Positions 48,924-58,671 of a stretch of DNA of 64,000 nt are shown here, one piece after another. The translations under genes and the position numbers were made by a program. Below the pieces are notes generated by a model. It was not told the origin of the DNA, did no database searches, and worked only from the letters and a program-made list of their open reading frames with translations. Source of the DNA: Gemmataceae bacterium. Its GTDB lineage: Bacteria > Planctomycetota > Planctomycetia > Gemmatales > HRBIN36. The stretch lies in the NCBI GenBank assembly GCA_040289265.1, contig PSKW01000012.1, forward strand, positions 11,900-75,899, in the 5' to 3' direction. The first letter of the stretch is position 1. Every line of letters begins with the position of its first letter.

Positions 48924-49143
48924 GCCGGCGCGCCCGACCAGGCATAATATGACCCCTTGGCACAGCCCAGTCTGTTTTTTCCGTGAGTCGCCTGACCCCT
49001 TTACTCCACGTCTTTTGTAACGCGCGGCATCTTCGGAGCATCCCTACTCCTAGGCCCGCCGAAAGGTAAAACAACTTGGAAGACCAGGAACGCGAACCGC
49101 TGGGGTCACTGCGAGGGCACCTTTTAACGAACGGAGGTCACGT

Positions 49144-49719
49144 ATGTATCGCTATCCCAAGCCGACGATCCATCGCTTCTACTCGGCTATGCTCGTAGGC
49201 ATCCTAACGATGGCCGCTGCGCAAGCTGGAGCCCAACAGGATCAGCAGGTTCAGGAACTCAAAGCGCTCAAGGTCGGAAAAATACCCAACCTGCATCAAC
49301 TGGGAGATTTTTACTTTGCCGGTCAACCGACCAAGGAAGATTTCAAGCTCCTCGCCGACATGGGGGTCAAGGCGGTCATCAATCTGCGCATGCCCGGCGA
49401 GCTGGATTGGGACGAAAAGTCCGTCGTAGAAGGTCTGGGCATGAAGTACTACAGCATCCCCTTCAAGGCGCCGGAAACATTGACCGACAAAGTGTTCGAT
49501 GAAGTGCGCAAAATTTTGCGCGAGCAGCGAGGGGCTTTGCTGGTCCATTGTTCGACGGCCAATCGCGTCGGCGCCGTATGGATCGCTTTCCGCGTCCTGG
49601 ATTGCGGCGTGCCCCTAGATCGAGCACTGAAAGAAGCCAAACAGATCGGTTTACGCACCGCCGAATACGAGGCGCGCGTCAAGGAATACATCGAGAAACA
49701 CAAAACGAGCCCGAGATAA
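49144..49719 (+). CDS. exported Cys-based phosphatase-like protein (DUF442 / PTP-loop family)
   Basis: It has the RBS GGAGG and the signal peptide LVGILTMAAAQAGA. The CX5R P-loop is HCSTANRVG. Confidence 0.75.
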   Translation: MYRYPKPTIHRFYSAMLVGILTMAAAQAGAQQDQQVQELKALKVGKIPNLHQLGDFYFAGQPTKEDFKLLADMGVKAVINLRMPGELDWDEKSVVEGLGMKYYSIPFKAPETLTDKVFDEVRKILREQRGALLVHCSTANRVGAVWIAFRVLDCGVPLDRALKEAKQIGLRTAEYEARVKEYIEKHKTSPR

Positions 49720-49834
49720 GCTAGAGAAAGCAGATGGGCATCTGGCTGGCGCTATTGGGCCAATGACTGTGTTCGTAGCAGACTAGTCAAAGGATACTTC
49801 AGCGTTAGGAGCTGACGGTACAGGTGGTGTGGAC

Positions 49835-52162
49835 TCAGCGGAAAAAGCCTACCCAAAAGCTGAAGACACGCCGCTCGTCGGTATCTTTTTTGGCGACCGG
49901 GACCGCCCAGTCGAGAGCAATCGGCACCGGCCCGAACATGGGCACGATGATGCGCAGTCCGGCGCCGACGCTGGCACGGAAATCGCGGATCGCTACATCG
50001 TCTTCTACGGTCCCGAAGTCGCTGAACACCGTCAGATACAAAAAGTCGTTGGCTAGAATGGGCACCTGATACTCGACCGTGCCTAACAAAAGAAAGTCGC
50101 CGCCGGTCTTGAATCCCCGGCGATCAGGCCCGACGCCGCGGAAGTCGAAGCCGCGCAAGGTGCGAAATCCCCCGGCGAAAAAGCGCTCGAACAGAGGCGT
50201 GTTACTCCCGGCGATGCCCATTTGCCCACGCACCATCAAAACATGCCGCCCGCTGCCGTCGGGGCGCTCGTAAACAGTCCAGTATTGGCTGTCCTCGACA
50301 GTGAACACGGGGAAGGTAAAATCGCCCAGCCCTTGTTCGTAGGCGATCTCCAGCATGTTCCCCTCGGTCGGACGCAAAATCGAGTCGCGCGTATCCCGTA
50401 CCAAAGCCACCCGCGGGGCAACCACCGTGCTATGTCCCATCAAAGGCAAAAACTCCCGCGGCACGAAGAAAGGAAAGTTGCTGATTTTGACGTCTTCCAG
50501 ACGCAGCGAAATATTGCCGCTCCATTCCGGCGTGAAGCGGCGCCCGATCGTGAAACGGCCACCGGTGCGCTGCTCGTGCCAGTCATTGAAAAAGCGGTTG
50601 TAATGATAACCGCTGGCACCGAAACTATAAGGGGTGTCGAACAGGTACGGTTCGCGAAAACTGATCGTGTAACGACTCACTTCCGTACCGGGAATGAGCT
50701 CCAGTCGGAATTCCTGTCCTGCTCCGCGAAAGGCGCGATTGGACAAAATATCGTCCAGGCTGGTCGGGATGCGTGTGATATCGAAGTTACGCTCGTGCAA
50801 CACGATGCTGGCACTGGCGCCGGCATCCGAGTTGACCCCCACGCCGAACATCAACGCTCCGGTACGGTCCTCTTCCACTTGCACCAACAGATTTTTGAAC
50901 TCCGATTCGCTTTCCGGATCTATGATGGTGATCGAGGGGGGCGGATCTTGCTTGAAGATGCCCAACCGCGCCAGGTTGCGCTCGCTGGCTCGAATGTCCG
51001 GAACGCTCAAAATCTGCCCCGGATACACTTGCAGCTGACGCAAAATGACATTTTGCCGCGTCACCGTATTGCCGACGATCAGGATTTCGCCTACCCGTGC
51101 CGGCGGTCCCTCGGTCACCTGATAGACGATCTTCACCGTCCCTGGCTCTTCGCCGAAACGGTACTCGGGCAGCACGCGCGTATTGAGGTATCCTTGTTTG
51201 CCATAAGCGTCCTGCATACGCCGCGCACTGGCCTGCACTACGTTCTCGTTGAAAGGCTCGCCCGGCTTTTGTTTGTTGGCCGCCTGCAACACTTCTTCCG
51301 GCAACTTTTTGTTGCCCGCGATTTCGTACCCTGTAACCAGATAGCGCACGCCTTCGTCTATCACGAAAACCACGTCCACGCTTTCGTAGCCGGGATTCCA
51401 GTCGAGACGATAACCGATACGGGCGTCGAAAAAGCCGAAGGTGCGATAGTATTCGAGCAGCCGATTGACATCCTGCTCTAAGAGGAGCGGGTTGTAGCGC
51501 CCGGAAAGGCCCAGGATGGTCTCGCGCGAATGGATTTGTGTCTTCAGTCGGGCGGCCGACACGAAGCGATTGCCCTCGAAACGGATATCGCGGATGCGCA
51601 CGATAGGTCCTTCGGTGATGCGAAAGACCACACGTGTATCTTCGTCGCGGGCGCCTTCGACCAACTCGACCGCGGCAAAAAGCCGGCCTTTTTCATGGTA
51701 ATACTGCTCGATCGCTCGCGCAGCACGGTGATTGAGCGCCGGGGACATCGGACTGCCTTTGCGCAAGCCGGTGATTTTCTCCAACTCGTCCTGGCGCACA
51801 TGTTTGGCTCCCTCGTAGACCACTTCGTGCACCACGGGCCGTTCGATGACCCGAAAGGTCAGGACTTTGCCTGCGGCGGAGTCCTTTTCCTCGACGGCGA
51901 CGCTGTAAAACCAGCCGGTGGCGTCGAGCCGGCGCACCGCCTCGCACACCTGATGAGGCTTGTAGGTCTGCCCCGGCCGCAGCCGTACTTCGTTCATCAC
52001 GCGCGCTTCGGGGATACGCCGGCATCCGACGATATGGATCTCGGCGATCGTGGTCTCCTGCACGGATTCCTGAGCACTGCCGGCGAGCGTTGACAAAGCT
52101 GCCAGAACAACGGCCCAGGTCCATCGGCAACGCCATGACGAAGGCATAGACGCTTCCTGCAT
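49835..52162 (-). CDS. bamA: outer membrane protein assembly factor BamA (Omp85 family)
   Basis: The 775-aa protein has a signal peptide and repeated POTRA-like segments (I..I.I.G......V). The C-terminal Omp85 barrel has GG..TLRGF and a tail ending VGFFR. Confidence 0.9.
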   Translation of the reverse strand: MQEASMPSSWRCRWTWAVVLAALSTLAGSAQESVQETTIAEIHIVGCRRIPEARVMNEVRLRPGQTYKPHQVCEAVRRLDATGWFYSVAVEEKDSAAGKVLTFRVIERPVVHEVVYEGAKHVRQDELEKITGLRKGSPMSPALNHRAARAIEQYYHEKGRLFAAVELVEGARDEDTRVVFRITEGPIVRIRDIRFEGNRFVSAARLKTQIHSRETILGLSGRYNPLLLEQDVNRLLEYYRTFGFFDARIGYRLDWNPGYESVDVVFVIDEGVRYLVTGYEIAGNKKLPEEVLQAANKQKPGEPFNENVVQASARRMQDAYGKQGYLNTRVLPEYRFGEEPGTVKIVYQVTEGPPARVGEILIVGNTVTRQNVILRQLQVYPGQILSVPDIRASERNLARLGIFKQDPPPSITIIDPESESEFKNLLVQVEEDRTGALMFGVGVNSDAGASASIVLHERNFDITRIPTSLDDILSNRAFRGAGQEFRLELIPGTEVSRYTISFREPYLFDTPYSFGASGYHYNRFFNDWHEQRTGGRFTIGRRFTPEWSGNISLRLEDVKISNFPFFVPREFLPLMGHSTVVAPRVALVRDTRDSILRPTEGNMLEIAYEQGLGDFTFPVFTVEDSQYWTVYERPDGSGRHVLMVRGQMGIAGSNTPLFERFFAGGFRTLRGFDFRGVGPDRRGFKTGGDFLLLGTVEYQVPILANDFLYLTVFSDFGTVEDDVAIRDFRASVGAGLRIIVPMFGPVPIALDWAVPVAKKDTDERRVFSFWVGFFR

Positions 52163-52320
52163 CAGGGACCGGACACCGACGCACCGCGTCGCCGGTGTGT
52201 CTCTCCATCACCGCTCGGGTTACAATCTGCCCGCCGCGGGACTAACCTCGGCCCCTTTGTAAGACGCGCACAGATATGTTGCCCCGGTCAGCTTGTCAAG
52301 GCGAATGCCAAGCTGGCCTC

Positions 52321-53970
52321 TCATTTGACGATGACTACGACGCCAACTTGTACTTCCTCGCTGTTCGGATTGGTCAATTCGATAACGTAATGGTACTGCA
52401 GCACGCGCGCGCCGGCTCGTTCCGTGCGCGGATCGCACCGCACCTCCATGATCGGGACAGGGCGCATATCCGCATGGCAATCCACGCTCGCAACGGTACT
52501 CTTGGTCGTGACGAAGACAACACGCGCTTTGATCGGCTTGTCCGTTTTTTGCTTGACAAGGCACACCACGTAAGCAATTTCGGGGCCCCTAAAAATGCCC
52601 GTACTATAGATACGTATTCCTGCATCAGGGCTGAGCTGAAAGCGCAGATTCTCTTTGCCGCCGTTAGGCTTTAAAGTCACCACCCGCCTCAGGCGAGTCG
52701 GGAATGCTTTGATACTGTCCGGTACGTCGGCCTCGTCTTCGTCGTCTGCCAGGGTAGCGAGAAATTGGTCTTTTTCTTGGTCGTTCATCCGTGCCGATGG
52801 CACTTCCAAGAGTTCGTGTAGATGGCTGGTCTCCAATGCGAAATGCAGGGCCTCTTTGCCGCGGGCGCTCATGGTATTGATGCCTACCACCGTGCCCGAC
52901 GTATCGAATAGCGGGCCGCCGCTGTTGCCCGGATTGATAGCAACCGTAGTCTGTATGCACTTCTGGCGCAGTATTTCCCTACCAACTGCTGAAACTATGC
53001 CACTGGTCAGAGTGAGCCGCAGGATCTGGTCGCCCACGCCCGGATGACCGATGGCAAAAACACTGGCACCGACGGCCGGCAAGGAACCTTTGGGCGCTAC
53101 TTTGACCGGTTTTATGTTGGCCGTCTGAAGCTTTTCTCTGATCCCCGTACAGTCCAGCGCCGCCACATCGGCGTCTCTGGATACGTGCGTCAACACGACA
53201 TCAGGCGAGGAAACGCGTAGAACCAGTTCACCCTTCGCATTGTGGAAGTTGAGTTGGAACCCCTTTTTGCCGCCGCGCACGACATGCTTGTTGGTGATCA
53301 CATACAAACGGCCAGCGTGTTCGATGAGGAAGCCTGAACCTGATCCCCTCCCCAATGTGACAACCTGAGGCACCGAAGGAGCCAGCTTTTCGAACAAAGC
53401 AGCCAAATCCGGCGCATTCTGATCTGGCACCGCTCGATTTCCAGCAGGCGGCTCACGCTGGTCCCGAGGTGCGACTGGCTTTTGTGACCTGTCTTGCTGC
53501 CCCTGTACCGGAGGCGGAGGAATCGGCGGCGCCTCCGGCTCTCTACCTTCTTGCCGGTCTCCTGTCGCTGGTGGCGCATGCTGCCCACCGTTATTCTGGC
53601 CCGGCGCAGGGGCTTGCCAGTTCGGCGCAGGCTCCTGCGGACGCACTGCAGGCGGTGTGTCGGTAGGCCCCTGTTGATCCGGCACCAGCGGATCGTTCGG
53701 GATGGCTGGCTGCTTGGCAAGCTGTTCCCCTCCCGCAGGCCGCGTCGGTTGGCTCAGGAAAATCAGCCACACTAGAACGCCCAAAGTGCCGAGCATCAAT
53801 AAACCCAGCACACCGACAGCCGCCACGGTGGACCAGCGAACGCCCCCGGCTGCCGGACCACCTGTCGGCTCCGCACCGGCGGACCACTCCGCTCTCCCTG
53901 ACGGCTCCGGCCCGGCAGCCCGCTCCGGACTGCCCCACGGCGGAACTGGCCCCATCGCCGCCTGACCCAT
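52321..53970 (-). CDS. membrane-anchored trypsin-like (S1C/HtrA-type) serine protease without PDZ; the N-terminus is possibly incomplete
   Basis: It has a TM segment (VAAVGVLGLLMLGTLGVLVWLIF) and a Pro/Gln-rich linker. The catalytic His context is VITNKHVV, the Asp context is DVAAL and the Ser context is INPGNSGGPLF. An unassigned C-terminal domain of about 150 aa follows. There is no RBS before the ATG at 53970, and the frame stays open about 180 nt further upstream. Confidence 0.85.
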   Translation of the reverse strand: MGQAAMGPVPPWGSPERAAGPEPSGRAEWSAGAEPTGGPAAGGVRWSTVAAVGVLGLLMLGTLGVLVWLIFLSQPTRPAGGEQLAKQPAIPNDPLVPDQQGPTDTPPAVRPQEPAPNWQAPAPGQNNGGQHAPPATGDRQEGREPEAPPIPPPPVQGQQDRSQKPVAPRDQREPPAGNRAVPDQNAPDLAALFEKLAPSVPQVVTLGRGSGSGFLIEHAGRLYVITNKHVVRGGKKGFQLNFHNAKGELVLRVSSPDVVLTHVSRDADVAALDCTGIREKLQTANIKPVKVAPKGSLPAVGASVFAIGHPGVGDQILRLTLTSGIVSAVGREILRQKCIQTTVAINPGNSGGPLFDTSGTVVGINTMSARGKEALHFALETSHLHELLEVPSARMNDQEKDQFLATLADDEDEADVPDSIKAFPTRLRRVVTLKPNGGKENLRFQLSPDAGIRIYSTGIFRGPEIAYVVCLVKQKTDKPIKARVVFVTTKSTVASVDCHADMRPVPIMEVRCDPRTERAGARVLQYHYVIELTNPNSEEVQVGVVVIVK

Positions 53971-54245
53971 ACCGGGCGGAGATTGCCAGATCGGACCGGG
54001 TGGTATCGGCGGTATGCCAGTGCCGACGGATGCACCGCCTGCAGTTGGATTAGATGAGGTATGCCGGCTGGCGGCATTACCCCGCCTATCTGCGCTCCGC
54101 CGCCGACTTGCGCACCGCCGCCTTGCGCTCCCCCGCCGGCTTTGCGGCTAGCAAACGTCTTGCCACACGAAGTGCATACCCACTTGCCATTCGGGTTGGC
54201 GACAAGCGTCGCACTCTTACAAATCGGACACACGGGCGTAGCCAT
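53796..54245 (-). CDS. zinc-ribbon ORF; only the first ~55 codons look genuine, and it is possibly the true 5' end of the protease gene
   Basis: TGGAGG lies 8 nt upstream of the ATG at 54245. The start reads MATPVCPICKSATLVANPNGKWVCTSCGKTF (CxxC..CxxC) followed by a GGAQ-rich linker. After about codon 55 the frame turns into Arg/Trp-rich out-of-frame-looking sequence that overlaps ORF 52321..53970. Confidence 0.45.
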   Translation of the reverse strand: MATPVCPICKSATLVANPNGKWVCTSCGKTFASRKAGGGAQGGGAQVGGGAQIGGVMPPAGIPHLIQLQAVHPSALAYRRYHPVRSGNLRPVWVRRRWGQFRRGAVRSGLPGRSRQGERSGPPVRSRQVVRQPGAFAGPPWRLSVCWVY

Positions 54246-54489
54246 AGGCGAACCTCCAACTCAAGACCCGGCTAGACTTCCACCCGGCCCGTTTGCCTGC
54301 TGCATACGCTAGCACAGGCGCTCAAGCGATGGGTCGTATGTACCCCCGATCTTTTGCCTCCGGCGCTCCCCCCATTCTACCCCGCCGCAAAAAGGCACGC
54401 AACAAAAACGTCGCAAAAAGAACCTTGGCCTGTCGCGCTATAGGCTGCTGGGCACAGATTGGCCGCCCGACTGCTCACGCGTCCGAGTG

Positions 54490-55725
54490 TCAATTGACTG
54501 GCTGTCTATCCGCCCGGCGGGTAGGGGTTTTGTTCCAGTAGATGCGCACATTGCCCGTGGCTCGACCGACGGCGACGATATCGGGCCGCCCATCGGCATC
54601 CAAATCGGCGACGCTCAGGTCCTCGGTAGCAATGCCGCCGTTGTCAAGGATGAGCCGTTCCCAGCGGCTGGCATGTGCATCTACAGCGCGATAGATACGA
54701 ACGCCGTGACGGAAGCGATCATCGAGGGGGTCGCGCACGCCGACGACTATTTCATCGCGTCCGTCGGCGTCGAGGTCGGCACAGCAGACGGCGTGGCCCC
54801 AACGCAAGTCGCGATCTATCACCTGGCGTCGCCACGCGGAGGGCTGCGTGGCCGGCGTATACACCACGACCTCGTGCCCGTGCCACGGCTCGATGGTGGC
54901 GATGAAGCGCTCCTGACCGAGCGAGCCCAGTTTGATTTCGCTGGCGCCACGACGACCGTGTGGATCGGTTTGATTCCCCTCGTGCAACAAGCGACGTTGC
55001 CAGCGGTTTCCGGACCGGTGGATATAAGAGACGCCTTCATAACTGGCGGCGAGCAAGCCCATGCCTTGGCCCGAGAATGCCTGGATGGGCTGGAAATTGT
55101 GGACGACGTGCAGGCTTTGGTCGAGCACTTCGACGGGCCAGCGTTGGCGCGCCGGGTCGGCGGGGATGCGATAGGCGAGGATACGCACCGGGGCGCCGTC
55201 CATCCAATTGTGTAGGGCCGTGGCGCCGCGGCCCATGAGGGGCACGACGACCAACTCTTTGCGGCCGTCACCGTCGAGATCGGCGAAGCGCAAGCGATGC
55301 ACACTGGGTTCTTCGTCTATGGGATAAAGCGACCAGGGCTGCTCCAGGCTGGGGCCACGACGTAGCCATTGCAGGGTACCACCCCGGCGCGTATCGAAAG
55401 GACGCCAGCCGGCGCCGAGCGCCAGGTCCAGGTGGCCATCGCCGTCAATGTCGTAGGCGTCCACGCAGACATTGTCGGGAACTGTGCCGCCGACAATGAT
55501 GGGCCGCATCTTCCATGTAGGATTCTGGAACCAAACGACGCGCTGGGTGTCTACGACCAGGATATCGGGTCGGCCATCCCCGTCGAGGTCGGCCAGCAGG
55601 ACGGCGTAGCCGACCTTGAGACTGCGATCTATCTCCTGCATCTCGAAACGCAACACAGGCTGCGCCGTCAGGGCCGACATAGTGCATCCCCAAAAAACGA
55701 CCGCGGTCAGCGTCGTCTCGAACAT
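54490..55725 (-). CDS. FG-GAP/VCBS-repeat exported protein
   Basis: This is ORF 54490..55812 trimmed to the ATG at 55725, with AGGAGA upstream. It has the signal peptide MFETTLTAVVFWGCTMSALTA. The repeats are ADLDGDGRPDILVV, YDIDGDGHLDLALG, ADLDGDGRKELVVV, ADLDADGRDEIVVG and ADLDADGRPDIVAVG. Confidence 0.85.
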   Translation of the reverse strand: MFETTLTAVVFWGCTMSALTAQPVLRFEMQEIDRSLKVGYAVLLADLDGDGRPDILVVDTQRVVWFQNPTWKMRPIIVGGTVPDNVCVDAYDIDGDGHLDLALGAGWRPFDTRRGGTLQWLRRGPSLEQPWSLYPIDEEPSVHRLRFADLDGDGRKELVVVPLMGRGATALHNWMDGAPVRILAYRIPADPARQRWPVEVLDQSLHVVHNFQPIQAFSGQGMGLLAASYEGVSYIHRSGNRWQRRLLHEGNQTDPHGRRGASEIKLGSLGQERFIATIEPWHGHEVVVYTPATQPSAWRRQVIDRDLRWGHAVCCADLDADGRDEIVVGVRDPLDDRFRHGVRIYRAVDAHASRWERLILDNGGIATEDLSVADLDADGRPDIVAVGRATGNVRIYWNKTPTRRADRQPVN

Positions 55726-55858
55726 GGCCGTGTCTCCTGCAGGGTCGAAAGACGTCATGTGGTTACGCTTCTCGTTTGCGGTAAGATTAGGGTTGTGTGC
55801 CTGCTCGGCCATAAAGCGCAGCAGGCAGAATCACTGACAAGCGTGGAGGCCAGAAGCT

Positions 55859-56578
55859 ATGAGCAAGGGCATGAGCGAGCGATGGATTGTTGTCTGGGCA
55901 TCGAGTCTGCTCGTGTTGGCGGGTCCGATCGGTGCCAAGGAAAAAAGCGTTCGTCCTGGCATCAACAAGCCTTTCGAGAATCCCAATGTCTCCGAATTCC
56001 TCGCCAAATGGGAAACGGAAAGCCGGGAGATTTATCAGTTCCGCAGGGAAATAGTCGAAGCGTGCGCGGTGCACCAAGGCATGGTGGTCGCCGACATCGG
56101 CGCCGGCACCGGCTTGTTCACCCGTCTCTTCGCTCAGGCAGTCGGCCCCCGAGGCAAAGTGTACGCGCTGGACATATCTCCGGCGTTCGTGGAGTACGTC
56201 GCCAAGACCTGCAAAGAGCAGAAGCTGAACAATGTAGAGGCGCGGGTCTGCCGGGCAGACGATGTGGGACTGCCGCCTGAGTCGGTAGACTTGGCGTTCA
56301 TCTGCGACACGTACCACCATTTCGAGTTTCCCTTGCGTACCATGCATTCGATCCACAAAGCACTGCGCCCCACGGGCCGCGTCGTGCTGATTGACTTCCA
56401 TCGCATCGAGGGGAAAAGTTCGGCGTGGGTGCTGGGGCATGTGCGCGCCGGCCAGGACGTTTTCGAAAAAGAGATCGTGAGCTGCGGATTCCGCAAAGTC
56501 GGCGAGAAAAATCTGCTCAAGGAAAATTATTTTGTGCTCTTCGCGAAAGTCGTCCCGGGTGCCGGAGGCGCTCGTTAG
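55859..56578 (+). CDS. class I SAM-dependent methyltransferase with an N-terminal signal/anchor sequence
   Basis: The N-terminus is WIVVWASSLLVLAGPIGA. Motif I is VVADIGAGTGLFTRLFA and post-I is VYALD. The minus-strand ORF 55787..56692 is its shadow. Confidence 0.8.
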   Translation: MSKGMSERWIVVWASSLLVLAGPIGAKEKSVRPGINKPFENPNVSEFLAKWETESREIYQFRREIVEACAVHQGMVVADIGAGTGLFTRLFAQAVGPRGKVYALDISPAFVEYVAKTCKEQKLNNVEARVCRADDVGLPPESVDLAFICDTYHHFEFPLRTMHSIHKALRPTGRVVLIDFHRIEGKSSAWVLGHVRAGQDVFEKEIVSCGFRKVGEKNLLKENYFVLFAKVVPGAGGAR

Positions 56579-56709
56579 CTGGGGACGCCGACCGGCCGCC
56601 GGCATGTCCCGAGCTCTCGCGCTTGCGCTCCAGGTGGTGGCCGAAGTTCCAGAAGCGCAGCGTGCGGGCATAGAATAATGCGCGAACCGCACCCGTTGGG
56701 AGGTCGCTT

Positions 56710-58632
56710 ATGCCGCGTCATCTGATCCTCGGCACCGCCGGGCATATTGACCACGGCAAAACGTCGCTGGTGAAAGCCTTGACGGGCATAGACTGCGATC
56801 GGCTGCCCGAAGAAAAGGCCCGGGGAATCACCATAGACATCGGGTTTGCCCATTTGGATCTGGACGGCTATCGGCTGGGGATCGTGGACGTACCCGGGCA
56901 CGAGCGCTTCATCCGCAATATGCTGGCGGGCGCCACCGGCATAGACATGTGTCTATTGGTGGTGGCCGCGGACGATTCGGTGATGCCGCAAACGCGCGAA
57001 CACCTGGAGATCCTGCAATTGCTCGGGCTTCAGCACGGCGTCGTGGCGCTGACGAAGACGGATCTCGTTGACGAAACGACGCGGGAAGTGACCGAGCTGG
57101 AAGTACGCGAGTTGGTGCAGGGGACGTTTCTGGAGTCGGCACCGATCGTGGCCACCTCCGCTGTCACGGGTGCAGGCCTGGACCGACTCAAACAGGAACT
57201 GCTGGGCGTGTGCCGACGCATCGTCGCCAAGCAAAGCCACGAACCGTTCCGTATGGCCATTGACCGGGCCTTCGTAGTGCAGGGGCACGGGACCGTGGTA
57301 ACCGGCTCGGTGACGTCAGGCGTACTGCGTGTGGGCGACGAAGTGGAGTGGCTACCGGCAGGCGAGCGCTTGCGCGTGCGTTCGCTGCAAAACCACGAGC
57401 AGCCGGTGGAGGAAGTCCGTCGCGGCATGCGGGCAGCTATCAATCTGGCCGGTCTACGCCATGAAGCTGTGCGTCGGGGGCAAGAAGTGGCCACGCCGGG
57501 ATACCTGCAGCCGTCGCGGATCCTGACGGTGCGGCTGCATTGTTTGCGCGACGCGCCGACGCCGGTGCGGCATCGCTACCCCGTGCATGTTCACATCGGC
57601 ACCGGGGAAGTCATGGGGCGCATCGCGCTGCTGGATTGTGACCGTCTCGATCCGGGTGGATGGGCGCTGGCTCAGGTTTTTTTGGATGAGCCGGTCGTGG
57701 CTGTGTGGGGGCAACCTTTCGTGGTACGTACGCCCGCTGCCACGGCAACTCTGGGGGGCGGCCACGTGCTGCAGCCGACGGCGCGGAAGATCCGGCGTCG
57801 GCATCTGGAAGTGCTGGAGCGCGTCGAGCGTCTGTGGACCGGGTCGCCCAGCGTCCGCGTTCTGGAGGCGGCTTGGTTTTGCGGCATCCACGGGGTCCGC
57901 GCCGACGATTTGTATCGGCTGGCAGGCATCGGCCTAGACGAAGCCCCCATTTTGGTCGAGCAATCGGTCCACCAGGGCGCGCTGCAGCGCCTGCCGTTGG
58001 GACTGGGCCGCGAGAGGATCCTGCACCGTGATATACTCGACGACCTCGAACAACGCATCCTGGCTGCTGTGGCCCGAATGCACGACGAGTACCCGTTGCT
58101 GACCAGCCTGGATCGGGTCAGGATCCAGGGGCAGTTCGACTACCTGGGGGATGCCGAACTCGTGGAGCAGGTCATCGAGCGGCTGCTCCGGACCGGTCGG
58201 CTGACGGGCGACGCACGCCGATTGGCCCTGCCGACACACAAGCCGCGACTCAGCGCGGCCCAAAAGAAACTCAAAGAGCGCATCGTAGCCTCCTATCGGG
58301 AGGCGGGTTTCGCTCCGCCGGACGCGGACAGTTTCTTGCCTATTGCAGGCGGCCAGGCAGGGGTGCTCAAAGACCTTCTGGAACTGTGTGTCGCCGAAGG
58401 AGAATTGGTGCCGCTCGCCGAGGGGCTTTATCTGCATGCACAATGGGAGGAAGAAATGCGGCGGCGCGTGCAAGAAAAGCTGCACCAAGCCGGAGCGTTG
58501 ACCGTAGCCGAAATCCGCGACTTGTTGGGGACCACGCGCAAATATGCGGTGCCCATGTGCGAGTATCTGGACCGCATCGGCGTGACGCGTCGCGAGGGAG
58601 ACCTGCGCGTGCTGGCGGCAGGCGCTGCGTAG
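56710..58632 (+). CDS. selB: selenocysteine-specific translation elongation factor
   Basis: It has the RBS GGGAGG. The GTPase motifs are [21 protein letters not shown] and TKTD. EF-Tu-like domains II/III follow, then a long C-terminal winged-helix extension ending in [23 protein letters not shown]. Confidence 0.93.
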   Translation: MPRHLILGTAGHIDHGKTSLVKALTGIDCDRLPEEKARGITIDIGFAHLDLDGYRLGIVDVPGHERFIRNMLAGATGIDMCLLVVAADDSVMPQTREHLEILQLLGLQHGVVALTKTDLVDETTREVTELEVRELVQGTFLESAPIVATSAVTGAGLDRLKQELLGVCRRIVAKQSHEPFRMAIDRAFVVQGHGTVVTGSVTSGVLRVGDEVEWLPAGERLRVRSLQNHEQPVEEVRRGMRAAINLAGLRHEAVRRGQEVATPGYLQPSRILTVRLHCLRDAPTPVRHRYPVHVHIGTGEVMGRIALLDCDRLDPGGWALAQVFLDEPVVAVWGQPFVVRTPAATATLGGGHVLQPTARKIRRRHLEVLERVERLWTGSPSVRVLEAAWFCGIHGVRADDLYRLAGIGLDEAPILVEQSVHQGALQRLPLGLGRERILHRDILDDLEQRILAAVARMHDEYPLLTSLDRVRIQGQFDYLGDAELVEQVIERLLRTGRLTGDARRLALPTHKPRLSAAQKKLKERIVASYREAGFAPPDADSFLPIAGGQAGVLKDLLELCVAEGELVPLAEGLYLHAQWEEEMRRRVQEKLHQAGALTVAEIRDLLGTTRKYAVPMCEYLDRIGVTRREGDLRVLAAGAA

Positions 58633-58671
58633 GCCGGTTGTGCGGATCGGGTCGCCGCCACGGGGGAGACG

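Noticed and set aside
55787-56692. A 301-aa minus-strand ORF overlapping the methyltransferase.
   Set aside because: The plus-strand ORF 55859..56578 has canonical SAM-binding motifs. The minus-strand product has none.
56579-56709. A search for tRNA-Sec (selC) or any tRNA in spacers around selB-selA and in the other intergenic gaps.
   Set aside because: I saw no T-arm (GGTTCGAnTCC-type) with matching stems, no CTTCAAA anticodon-loop context and no acceptor-stem complementarity. The scan was by eye and could miss divergent tRNAs.
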